The position numbers and the translations under genes were made by a program. A DNA stretch of 63,494 nt, the filler included, from Neolecta irregularis DAH-3 (Eukaryota), in the NCBI GenBank assembly GCA_001929475.1. It is 14 parts of 14 records of this genome, joined end to end, with 100 filler letters (N's around TTAATTAATTAA, not from the genome) between each part and the next. Parts side by side here need not be neighbours in the genome. Positions count along the whole stretch, not along the records: positions 7,750 to 29,080 come from LXFE01000587.1; positions 29,181 to 33,401 come from LXFE01004191.1; positions 33,502 to 36,726 come from LXFE01004194.1; positions 36,827 to 38,200 come from LXFE01004199.1; 10 more parts are not named here. One strand, 5' to 3'. Each line of letters opens with the position of its first letter. The stretch's first letter is position 1. Under the pieces are notes generated by a model. The model saw only the letters and a list, made by a program, of their open reading frames with translations, was not told the origin of the DNA and did no database searches. This document shows positions 26,361 through 38,300 of the stretch, piece by piece.

Positions 26361-28904
26361 CTACTTTGCCCAGTGGAGCTCATACGTATCCAACAATTTT
26401 CGTCTGAGAATACCGTCCACGTCTAATCCTGGAGTTCCATAAGTAAATGGAGCGAAGAAAATAAATCCTCCAACAAGGCCAGAAATTATCAAAGCAGCAA
26501 AACAATATGCAAGTAGCGGCATTTTAATGCGTTGAGATACGACTGCTGGCTTACCTTGAACGAAACGTTGCGATACGGGTCCTTCGACAGTACTCGTAAA
26601 CAAAAATTGAAATAACGCCCCGCTGACAAGAGAAGAGGCCAGATGAGCTGGTAGGTAGTGGTGAAGGAAAAGTTGACGGCCCATCAAGAAGAATGGGAAA
26701 TAATGAGCAGCCCAAGCGAGAAAAAAGAAACCGAGAGAATTATAAAATCGGGTTCGAAAGGCTATGAGGTTAGATACACTGACAACGAACATTTCATACC
26801 GCTATTCAATATCGAGAGACCGCGTCTGGTCGATAACTGATCTCCACAGAATATCCCAGCCAAAATTGCAAGCATCAGAACATTGATCCACCAACCAATG
26901 AAATTTCCAATGAAGTAGACTTGTTCTCGGGTAGACTCCTTTGTCCAAAAACTCACGCCACGGATGAGAAATGGCCACTGAATTGGATGTGATGAATAGG
27001 GATGTGAACCCGTCAAAGCGTTGTTATGCAAAAACATTTTGGCCTGGAGTTCCATATATCTTTTCCAAAAGGGAATTGACTTTGGTTTTCGAGGCATGTC
27101 ACTCGGAAGCCTAGTTGGATCCAGGTCAAGAATGTCTTCAACGTACCAAATATTGCTTAATTGGAGCACATTCTTATTTCCACAGATCTCTTGTTGCAAA
27201 AATGCCCAATCTGGCAAGACTTTCGGGTGAGTCCACATGGCCACTTTGGATGGGTAGTGTAGAAGCTTGAAGGGCCCAGCTTTACTTTGGAATTCAGTGT
27301 CTTTATTCCCTCCTTCGATCTTGAGTAGAAAAGTTGCATCATCCGATCGATCTCCGAAAGCTGACTCTTCGTCTATAGTTGTGAATTCCTGGTTTGTAAT
27401 GAAATAAGGTGAAGCAACATCGTGAGATAATAGATAAGTACTAGTGACAACATGTTTGAGCTTAATGAGCTCTTCGTTCTTGACAACACGATCTTTATAG
27501 ACTTCTTGTGGACTGACTTGGGCTGGGACGATTATCCAAAAATTGTTCGTGTCATTGTGAGGATAACCAGTAACTTGTTGACCTTGACTCGAGATTCGTC
27601 CGTCCTCGTATCGAAGAGGGTATTTATCTGGGTGCGAGTGCAGAAATACTTTGGTGTCTCTGTGACGCATGGTTATCGTGTCGTAATACTGGATTGGAAC
27701 TGCTTGCATCGTCATTGGGTTATCGGCCAGAGTTGCTTGGAACTCTGGAGACATGAAATCATCCCCAGGGCCCGACTTGGTAAGGACTGCGAAATGGATC
27801 CAGAACCATAAAAGATAAATCAGAAATGGAACAACAAGCAAAGTAAAGGCTCGAGCTAAAAAGTGCTTAAAGAAACGTTCCTGTCTGTCAGCAAGAGAAC
27901 AAGAGATCGGGACCGATGCCATTGTCAGGCCACGATTGATATCCAGTAAGTTCCATAAATCGATTGCAACAGCACCCCCAATAGTGACAAAAGTGAACAG
28001 GCCAACATATTTTGTACTATTTGAGTTAACGGTTGATAAATCATACGCCCCCGATACCTGATGACACACGAAAGCGATACCCCGGTCATTAGTAGCCAGA
28101 CCCACCATTCTCTCGAAAATTCATCATGTCGTTGTTTATAAAAACGAATATAACTGTAAAACGAGCATGTGATGAAAAAAATAAGCATTGCATCGATGAG
28201 GATCAGACGCGTTTCGGCGAGATGAGCGTTATCTTCTTGTCAAAAACTATAACTCTATGACTCATTTATACCAAAAAGGATAAAAGCAGCGGATAAGGTA
28301 CAAGAAAGAAGTCCGTATCCAGATTCCTTCATGATTAAAAAGATCAATGGTACAGTCAAGGATCCCAATATAGCTGGTAGAGCTCGAAGTCCAATGTAAG
28401 GGACTTTATTTTGGATATAATTATCTCCGATACTTTCGAAAAGGAATTGGCCGTCGAATCCGATACACCAGCCCACGAAGGCAAATGCTAGCTTGGCGAA
28501 AGGAGGATGAACATCAAAGAAATAAGTCCGTTGGAGGTACTGAGGAATAATTAACAGATAGTAGCAATTTACACTCACGTAGCTCGTGAATTTTCCAAAG
28601 TGCACTTCATCGAAGCTAAAAGATTAGCTGTTCTGGTCGCGAACAGACTATTTTACACCACTTCATATGGATACCATATTTTGAAGAAACGAGTGAAGAA
28701 GGCGAGACAAGTTATTAGAGAAAACACAATTCGTCCAATCGGAGTATCGACGTCGCGTTTGGAAGTAGAGATGATTGAACTATCCTCCAGGAATAAGTTA
28801 GCCAAGGAATATAAACCAAATACCTCAAAGGGTTTCTTTTCAGTAGGTAGAGTATGTTTGCCTAGCTTTGAGTATGTATGCCGCTGTCTTAAATTCGCAT
28901 CCAT
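26361..28904 (-). CDS. PMT4: Dolichyl-phosphate-mannose:protein O-mannosyltransferase, PMT4 subfamily
   Basis: Spliced VVFDEVHFGKF, YLQRTYFFDVHPPFAKL, MIR repeats (LHSH..YPLRYEDGRISSQGQQVTGY), RQLFLHHYLPAH, C-terminal LHWAK. Confidence 0.94.
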
Positions 28905-29305
28905 ATTCCGGAAATGAAAGAAAGAAAAGACGTTGGTTTTTTAAGGAGAGTAGGGGGGGGGATACACCAACACGAATAAACCATTTGCAATCTCATTTGA
29001 GGAAACATGCATAGTTTTTGATACTGCTAGTTTGATATTCTATTCATGGATAGTGTGTTGATCTTCAATATCGAAAGCCCNNNNNNNNNNNNNNNNNNNN
29101 NNNNNNNNNNNNNNNNNNNNNNNNTTAATTAATTAANNNNNNNNNNNNNNNNNNNNNNNNNNNNNNNNNNNNNNNNNNNNCGGCGGCTGCTTTTCCGCCA
29201 ATTTTCGCTTTGCGTTTGTCCACTCCACCATCACACACATTCCTTTTGTCCACCCCTGCAACCACTGCATGCTGCAGTCGCATAAGGAAAGACCGAGACT
29301 TTACT

Positions 29306-32300
29306 ATGGAATCGCCCGAACCATTACCGAGTCCCGCGTCTATCTCTGTCGATTCGCCTGCCCAAGCGAAACGCAGACTTGAGGCCCATCTCGCGGAAAA
29401 CCAGAAGCGCATAGAACTCACTGGAACGCTGGGTGAGTCTCTTTTGAGACAGCAGTCGAAGATAAATTCCCGCATATTGGATCTCGAGAATTATCACGGC
29501 GATGAACTCACCCCGGATTTGAAGGCAAAGCTCGTCGATCTGGAGAAAGAGTACAACGATGTGGAACGGACGGTTTCAAGAACGATGCACCCTCTTAAAG
29601 GACGGGTGTGTTTAGTTCTGGATCAATTCTTATGAGGGCAGGATAGTACGTTTTCTCATGAAGATCAATCTTTGTTTGGAGCTGGGAATTTATCGCCTAC
29701 GAAACCAGTGGCCTTGTCACGGCGCCAACGTAATGCGACTGTGGCCAGGCACCAAGACATCGAGTTGGCAGCTGATATTGGTCAAACACTTATCGTTGAA
29801 GTGCGCAAACTTCAAGGTATCATTACAGAAAAGGACGAATGCATAAAATCCCGCACCGACCAACAAACTGCGCTTGAACGCCAACTCCGGTCAATGGAAA
29901 ATCGCTTGAGGGCAATGGACGAATCTGAAGGTATGAAATAAGTCTTTTTTTATTGCTGAATTCGCAGAAAGGTTCAAAGACGAAAACTGGAATCTCGAAT
30001 TGCAAACGCAGGAATTGAAGAAACAGCTAGGCGATGCCACTTTGAGTGTAACCCGCCTTACTGCTGATACGTCGCGTTTCCAGAGTACGATCGACTCTCA
30101 AACTGAAGTGATCGAGACAATGAAGGCTAGAGAAGCTCAGTTGATGGTAGAACTTGAAGAAAAGAGGACTCGATTTGAAAGCGAGTTGGTTAAACAGAAA
30201 TCAACCCTTATGACGATCACACGAGATCGCTCCGATCTTCAACATGCTCTTGATCAATACCGTGCTCAGTCGAGTCCCACTCCTACGAAAAAGCATCAAT
30301 CGCTTGGATCGGAGATATTTGATGATCAACCTATTTTACTTGCACCAAGGACGCCCGAACATTCACCTCCGCGGTCTCCTGTTAAAGGCACTCCAAGTCG
30401 CAATGCTCCCCTCGAGGCAGAAACAGCTAAAGCGAGTCTCTCTCATTGGCAAGCGTTGTCACATCACTACAAAACTGATGCGGATGTATTGCGTTCAGAG
30501 AACAATCTTCTCAAGAATAAACTGGACGACTTGGGCACTGACCTTTGTCGACGGAATTCCAAGACATCGTTACCTGCACCTCCTTCCCGAGCCTTCAACA
30601 TCCGCCGACGTCAATCCAGACCTCGACCTGTATCTGGAATCTCTATAGCTGAAGAAGAGGTTGAAACTGCTCCTTCATCGGCTTACGGAACGGCCGATGA
30701 GTTCGCAGTCGATGATCAGACTGAAACTGAAGCTTATCGTACTGTCGATGAAGAATTTATGTCTGATGGTGAACGGACCGAGACAGGATTTAACGATGAT
30801 CAGCAACGGCATGCCGAACAGGCCTTTGATGAATTAGATCCTCAGTTCTCTCATGCTAGCGAGGACGAACTTGAGCCTCCTGCTTTCCGCATACCTCGCA
30901 CAAGAACGAATTTTAGAGCGCGACATAGAATTGATTCGCGAATCTTTACCGGTCCTCCGCAGTCGCTTAACCAAGAATTGTGTGGTCGTCGAATTAGCGT
31001 TGCGTTTAGCGAACAAGGTCGAGTAGAAACTTTTGATATCGGAATTCAAGCGGTCTCGTCGAAATATGAGCCGCAAGAACAAAAGTCGGATGTTGCAGTG
31101 CAATGTTGTCCCGATTTAGTGGATGTAGGACATCAAATGTCTGAATACGACACGAATCTTGTGCCGTGTCCCGTGGATTCTACAGGTAGCTTCAACTTGA
31201 TATTTGACTGACGTGAAGAACCTAGCGGACAACGTGGCTCAGACCCCAGCGACGCTGATGTGAGCGCGTTTCACGTAATTCTGCCTATTATGAATACAGA
31301 TCGACGTGGATCAGAAGAGTCTGTAACTGATCGTCCTGCGACTACAGATGAATCGTGCCAAACTGACCTCGAGCCCGAAATTCAAGAAATTGAAGTTAAA
31401 GTTGAATTTCAAAAAGTTGAAGTGGTTAAAGAGGTTAAATCATTATTGGACAACTGCACGCAAACTGAGGAATTTCCTCGAGACACAATCATTACACGAG
31501 AGACGCATTCAATTGGCGTACAAAGCGAATATGAGAAAGAACCGGTACAAATCGCTACTTGCGATCAAACTCTTTCTTTACGCACCGAAACCGTTGGCGT
31601 TCAAACGGATCAAGCAGACATCAGAACCTCGACTATTAAATTACCAATGACACCAGTGCGGTCATTATCCGAATCCACGACGCCGAATACTTTTGGAGGA
31701 GATCGATATCTTTTGAAACACCACTCGAGACCGCCGTTGCCTATATTCCATGCAAGAAACTTATCGCTGGATGGGAGTTACCGCAGTCCGTATATCGAAC
31801 GGCCGTCTTCGGCAACATATCACGCGTCAACGGTTTCAGAAGGATATCCGCCTAATGGAACGTTGATGGGTCCTCCTGCACGGTCTACGATGACCCGAAC
31901 TAGTGCTATTCAATCACTCCGGGGAGTGAAGAGTGCATCTCAATTCGGGGTGACTGAACCGCCTACTCTGCGAGCTTCTCCGCGATCGTGCCCGCGCAAA
32001 AGTAATCGCATGCTCCATACTGAAAGTCGCGGCCGAGCACCAAGTCTGTCTGCGCAATCCAAGCGGAGTTCGTTGTCGTCGTTTACATCTGAAGTCGAAG
32101 CTCGGTTCGGGCTGCGGGAAGATCCCGACGAAGAGTCCCTGTCGGCGCCGACGGATCCGTATGTGATCCAAGCCATCACGCAAACCATGATTGGAGAATT
32201 TCTATGGAAGTATACGCGGAAGAAAGGGCGGCAGGAGATCTCTGAGAACCGGCACAAGCGGTTCTTTTGGGTGCATCCGTATACAAAGACGTTGTATTGG

Positions 32301-32922
32301 AGTGACCAGAACCCGGCTGTTACGCGTGAAGACGATCTTGTAGCGAAATCATGTGCGATTCAACAAGTTCGGTTGATTACAGATGATAATCCGTTTCCGC
32401 CAGGGTTATATCACAAGAGTCTAGTTGTAATTACACCTTCTCGAGCATTAAAGTTTACTGCGCCGACCAAGACACGGCATGATATGTGGTTTACAGCGCT
32501 AGACTATTTGTTGAATCATAATACTGCCGCTTCGCTTCCGAATCATAATCTTCCGAATCATACTGCGGGAATCAGCGCCACTGATATCGCTGACTTTGAC
32601 CCTAATATCGACATTAACCGTGTCGACATTAACCGTGTCGACATTAACCGCAAGCAACGGCACGGATCATCGAGGTTTAGTTCTCTTTTGGGCACGGCTA
32701 CATTTGGATCTCGCCGAGCACGACAGGCGTCTATTGATATTTATGAGAATATGCAGGAAACAGAGTCTGTGGAATCTGAGCATGAAGCGAATTCATTGGA
32801 TAATGTCCGGTCATGTTGTAATGGTAACATATATACGGTTATGGATTAATTTATTAGGAAAACATGATGTTGGGACGCTATCTCGCAGTCGTGGGCGGCG
32901 GGTTCAGAATATAGATTGTTGA
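29306..32922 (+). CDS. NUM1: Cortical dynein anchor Num1/ApsA/Mcp5 (coiled coil + C-terminal PH domain)
   Basis: HQDIELAADIGQTLIVEVRKLQ, ERFKDENWNLELQ, AITQTMIGEFLWKYTRK..RHKRFFWVHPYTKTLYWS, LDNVRSCCNGKHDVGTLS. Confidence 0.92.
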
Positions 32923-33501
32923 TGGATGGTTGGTTGTTTGTCACTCGTTTTGATTTATTTTGAGTTGCGGGTCATTCCTTGTATATGGATAACAGGAACT
33001 ATAATATTACCGGAACAGGGATCGTAACCTAACGCGTGGCCCGAAAGTACGGGATTATAGTTTTGAGGGGAGTGTAGTTTGGAGGAGTGTAGTTTGGAGA
33101 AGTGTAGTTGTGGGAGGAGTGGGATTGCAGTCTACGTAAATGGATCGGTATTCGAAGCGGCCGCGCCACAACAGCGGGAGCCGGAATAATCACGGCGGGG
33201 GGCGGCAGTCTGGAGACTGGAAAGCATTGGGGGCTGCGCCTACGGGGCCGAAAGCACTGCGAGAGCGGGGGAGTGCGGGGGGCGGGCAAGGGGAGGAGGG
33301 GTTGCGACGGCAGCGGGAGGAACGACGGCAGCGGGAGGAAGGAGAGAGGCAGGAGGAACTGCTGCTGCAGCCGTACCGGACGAGTGGGGAGAGGGGCGGG
33401 GNNNNNNNNNNNNNNNNNNNNNNNNNNNNNNNNNNNNNNNNNNNNTTAATTAATTAANNNNNNNNNNNNNNNNNNNNNNNNNNNNNNNNNNNNNNNNNNN
33501 N

Positions 33502-33634
33502 AGTGGTACTCGGCACTGCCGAAGATGTGGTAGAACCATTTGTCACACCACTTAAAATTGTGGGTTGTGTAGTGAGATCTCCTGGATTAAAGAGAGAGCA
33601 CTCTGGAGCGTTATTCGTGTTACCGGACGGCAAT
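33502..33634. repeat. Near-identical copy (one visible substitution) of 35618-35749 from the GPI-protein gene, next to a 10-N gap
   Basis: Direct alignment; gggttgtgtag vs gggttgcgtag. Confidence 0.9.
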
Positions 33635-34368
33635 NNNNNNNNNNGCAGCAATGGCGAGCCAAGTCGAACGAACGCAGGAAACAGAGGGGGTTTCTGGACA
33701 TGAGAAAAAGGGTTATGGCATTTCAAGCGCGGGCTTTAGGATATCTGGCAAGGCGGCGTACTCACATTTAGATTACGAGTTTGGATGTAATTCTGAAGTG
33801 TACATGTGTATTAAATATAGCGAAAAGACATCTGGCTGTTGAACAAAGAGTGAAAAAGAAGAGTCCAATTTCTACAGAGCCATCATAGGATCGCGGAACT
33901 CCGTTCTGCATGCCGGTGATCTAAGGATACATAATGTGAATTTAACCAAGGCAAGGTTTAAGGACCGTTATGATAGTAATAGATGACTTTCACAGAACTG
34001 GGTGGATATCGCCAAGTCCCGGATCAAACTAACTCGTTTATTATTTTGTTCATTTCTGGAGAAAGACGAGTCACGAATTCTGGAGCATGGAGATGAAATT
34101 TATCCCAAAGTTTACAAAAATGCAGAGCAGAATAATTCTGACTGCGAAAAAAAGATACAAGCAAGAGCTAAAAGAATGAGTAATGGAATTCAATAGGAAA
34201 TCCAATCAACAAGTAAAACAAACAAAACAAGTCTAACCAAAAAATCGTCCGAGAAGAAATGCAGAACTTAACAAGAAAACCACTAGAGGAACAGAGAACA
34301 GAGAGCAATATTCAATGCTACATCACGTCATTCAGAGTCCACTAATATGGTATCACTAATCAAAACAC

Positions 34369-36191
34369 TCAAGCGAGAATCAAGAAAGCGCCAACAAAAG
34401 TGAGGAATCCAGCGGGATATTTAACACGCGAGGATACAGCATCACCAGTGAACCTGATAGCGGATGAGTTGGCCTTTGCGACAGCAACAGATGAAACAGG
34501 TAGTACGCTGGCAGCAGCATTCAGATGAGGCCTACCAAATTAGCAAAGAAAAATATTTGAAACGAACAAAGATGCAAATCCCGAGACAGGATTTGCTTTT
34601 GCAGTAGAATTTGTGGAACTAAAGCCTGCCGGGGCAGGAGCATTAGCAACGGCATTTGCAGAACCGCCTGACGAGGCAGAAGCATTAGCAACAGCATTTG
34701 CAGAGCTGCCATTGGATGAGGAGGCGGAAGCATTAGCGACAGCATTTTCGCCATTGGAGGAGGCAGAAGCATTTGCGCTGGAGCCGGAAGCAGATGCACT
34801 CGCAAAAGCGGATGATGCAGCAGCATTAGCAGGAGCCAATGCAACAGCTCCGTTGGTTCCTGTGCAGTGATAGGCAGCGCAGCCAACGCAAACTGCCTGG
34901 AGACTGGAGACTTGGTTACAATTACCTGCAATTGTACATCCAATGATAATATGAGTGGACGAGTCGAAGTTTACGGGTCCTCCGACTGAACTGAGGGTTT
35001 GATTGTTGCAGATGTGGACACCAGAGACGTTGATGCAAATATTGTTGTTCACGACGACAGCTCCAGCGTTTCCCGCACCATTTCCAGACACCTGAGTGAT
35101 GGTTAAATTGATAGTTGTGCAACCGACAAGGGTCATCGCGGTAGAGAAGCTCAAAGTTGGATTTGCGTTGGTAGACGGGCACGAGTATGCGTTAACGATA
35201 GCACCATTTGCGTTCCTGATGGTCAAGGTTCCAGAGAGTTGACGTTTTGCAAGAGCCCCGACGGTGACCAACAATTGAGTGAGTCCACTGGGTAAACTGG
35301 GCTGGAATAAAGCTTGGCCACCTTGCACAAGGTTGAGGGCCAAGTATAATCCGGATGCCGGAACAAAGATGGCGCCATTTGCAAGGAGATTGACTACTGC
35401 GGCGCCATTTTGTCCGGGAAGAATTGCTGCAGCAGAATTGATATTTCCCAGATTACCGGTTCCAGCGTTGATGACATAAGATAAAAGACTTGGTGTTGGG
35501 ATAGCTGTTGAGACTGGAGCGACAGGGGGTAACGAAGGTGTGGAGGTCGTAACTAATTTGCTTGTTGTAGTTTGTAGTGAAGCTGTAAGTTTAGTCGTAG
35601 AAGATGGGGCTTTCAAAGTGGTACTCGGCACTGCCGAAGATGTGGTAGAACCATTTGTCACACCACTTAAAATTGTGGGTTGCGTAGTGAGATCTCCTGG
35701 ATTAAAGAGAGAGCACTCTGGAGCGTTATTCGTGTTACCGGACGGCAATGTGGCCAAGTTGATGGTTGCCTGAAAGGCACATAGATAGAGATCAAAGTTT
35801 GGAGCAGAGACACCGACGTTGCTCATGGTGAAAAGTGTTGAATGGCCCGGTAAAGATCCGTCGGTCAGAGTAACGGGATTCGGAGCTCCACTGGCATCCG
35901 TAGGCGAAGTGATTGTGAGAAAAAGATTGCCTTGGCCAAAAGTTCCATTGTCACCAGAACCCGGGGTGAACACGAACTGGGTAGCGGCGGATCCAAAGTC
36001 TGGAGCATCACTAGGGGTGAACAGCGCATCCGGCGGGCTGTTTGTATCCGAAAATATTCTAAAATCTCCAGAGCTACTGCTAGTATAGTTAATTGCTTTA
36101 ATGTTAATTCAATCCCCAAAATGGTTATACTGAAGGCGCTGCCAGCGGAAACGACAGCAATAATCTGGGCGAAAGCTGCGAACGATTTCAT
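34369..36191 (-). CDS. Secreted Ser/Thr/Ala/Asn-rich, predicted GPI-anchored cell-surface protein
   Basis: Signal peptide MKSFAAFAQIIAVVSAGSA; one 5' and one 3' short intron join the 477-aa ORF to a terminal exon ending FTGDAVSSRVKYPAGFLTFVGAFLILA (GPI-type signal); ANASAS repeats. Confidence 0.8.
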
Positions 36192-36906
36192 TTCGATGAT
36201 CGGGGTGAAAATAAAGAAAAAAGAGTGTATGACTCGATAAAGGAAAGTGTATGAGTTTCAAAAAGGCGGTGAAGAAGACTTTATAACTGCCGTATTGGTT
36301 GAGGCTGGTTTTCTTGCTATTCTAGCAGTATGGCTGGTACACCCCTGCCTCGATATATACCATTCATTGGGAGAAAAGCCCCATACGGAGGATCATATTT
36401 CGCGATGTACGCGCCACGCGAAAAATGTAGCGCCAGCCTTTTCCACCGCCACAGAATCCTCAACCCTCATTGACGCAAGAAATAATATGAACGAGCAGAG
36501 GGTCCGGCAACGAGATGCGACAATGGGTCGCTTATCCTCGTATGGTAATCGACTGTATCAATGCGACACAATTTAGTGTAAAATGACAAGATTGCAGCTG
36601 CAGTTGTAGTAACTTGCCCAATAATTACCGAAAACTATCATTTTACTTTCAATCTCCGCCATTCGCAATGTCATCGCTAACAAAATGGCTTGCTCAAAAA
36701 TCAAGAGAACAACCGGCAATCGTCTGNNNNNNNNNNNNNNNNNNNNNNNNNNNNNNNNNNNNNNNNNNNNTTAATTAATTAANNNNNNNNNNNNNNNNNN
36801 NNNNNNNNNNNNNNNNNNNNNNNNNNCCGCAATATTATTGCAAGCCTTCCTTCCGTAATGGTAAGCTCTACCCGAGGGTATATGCTTACAACGATAACCA
36901 TTGCAA

Positions 36907-37711
36907 TCAAATCATATTTTTCTTGCCCTTCACAAATGCGACTGAAGTAATAGTTTGACCCTTTTGGCCCCCAAACTCATATGTCGGATATTTAATTTCG
37001 GAATGGTACTCCAAACCTACCAAATTAGTAGCAATGAAGATTAAGCTAAATAGTACCAAAATCTCCAAATCTCGCAATCAGTTCCTTTTTCGTCCAATTG
37101 CAACTAGTAATCAAGAAGATACCATCATCAGAAAGGATATTGTGTATATTCGCGGCGTAGATTTTATTCAGTCTACGTCCGTCTCGAAGTTCATCAGTTA
37201 AACTGATGGCATCGAAAGTGCCTTTATCAAGGACGAGGCGATATTGCTCGTTTCCGGCTTCTTTAATAAGGTCTTGTTGGCGAAAGATTACACTAGAGAT
37301 TCCCCTCGCTTTGGCAATCGCCTGCGATAGTTCAATAGACACAGGAGAAATATCGGTGCCGATTAACCTGCATTTCGTATAGCCGTTATCGTAGATAGCG
37401 AGCAGCAAATGACCATTCCCTGTTCCGACATCAAGAATTGAGAGCTCTTCAGAATCTTTCATGTGGTTGTGGAGCCATCCAATTATTTTCTCTTCTGTAC
37501 CTTCCCCAAACCTTTAGAGCGTAAGCCTAACAGACAAGTGTCGGAAATCGATGCCATATTTCGCCTTCACATTCTAGCTCCATGTAATTTGTCTTTTCCC
37601 GACTGTAAATATCATCCCAGCCATCAAGTCAGTCTCATGAAACACAATAATTGAGGTGTACTATTCTTTTCGCCCGTGTTCTGAGGGAGAAAATTCAGTG
37701 GTGTCAGTCAT
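36907..37711 (-). CDS. EFM4: Protein-lysine N-methyltransferase Efm4/See1 (METTL10 family)
   Basis: PSEHGRKEYWDDIY..E, EGEIWFGE, ILDVGTGNGHLL, LDKGTFDAISL, LITSCNWT, YPTYEFGGQKGQTI. Confidence 0.92.
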
Positions 37712-37980
37712 TAATCAGGCTAAGTCAAAATTTGCACGAATATTATTTCTTATAGACCCAACACCTGTCACAATAAAATATAAAATACAATCCCAAATAA
37801 CACTTCCAATAAGACTTTCACAATAGGTTTACATAACAATTTTATGGTATAATTACACCTGCCAACAAGATATACGACCAGATCGTGCATCGTAATCTCA
37901 GATATCTATCTTTGTTAGATACCACGAAAATAGCTAGACGCACTACTGTCGGCAATTTCATCTCATGCACGCTTTTTAGG

Positions 37981-38200
37981 CTAAGAAGGCTGAGAGAGAC
38001 TCTTGTAGGAATCCCCACTACACGTTGCGGAGGAAAAAGTATCCCTTGCGTCATCAATGGAAGCCAGCTGTTGACGTACTTTACGACTCGAATCTTGTTC
38101 GTGGCAATGTTCAGAGCAGTACGCCCCATACGCAATGTAAGGGTATACCCGGATATTACCCGGGATATACCCATACCAACACAGTAGGTGGCGGATAAAG
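37981..38200 (-). pseudogene. Possible Ecl1/2/3-like zinc-binding gene fragment interrupted by a palindrome
   Basis: TYCVG upstream and YIAYGAYCSEHCHEQD downstream in a different frame, separated by imperfect palindrome 38141-38172. Confidence 0.3.
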
Positions 38201-38300
38201 NNNNNNNNNNNNNNNNNNNNNNNNNNNNNNNNNNNNNNNNNNNNTTAATTAATTAANNNNNNNNNNNNNNNNNNNNNNNNNNNNNNNNNNNNNNNNNNNN

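Noticed and set aside
32609-32652. 15-bp tandem repeat (DINRV) in NUM1
   Set aside because: Simple in-frame slippage in a disordered tail with no sign of function
33502-33634. Second GPI-protein gene copy
   Set aside because: Only 133 bp beside a 10-N gap with one substitution; most simply an allelic or mis-scaffolded fragment
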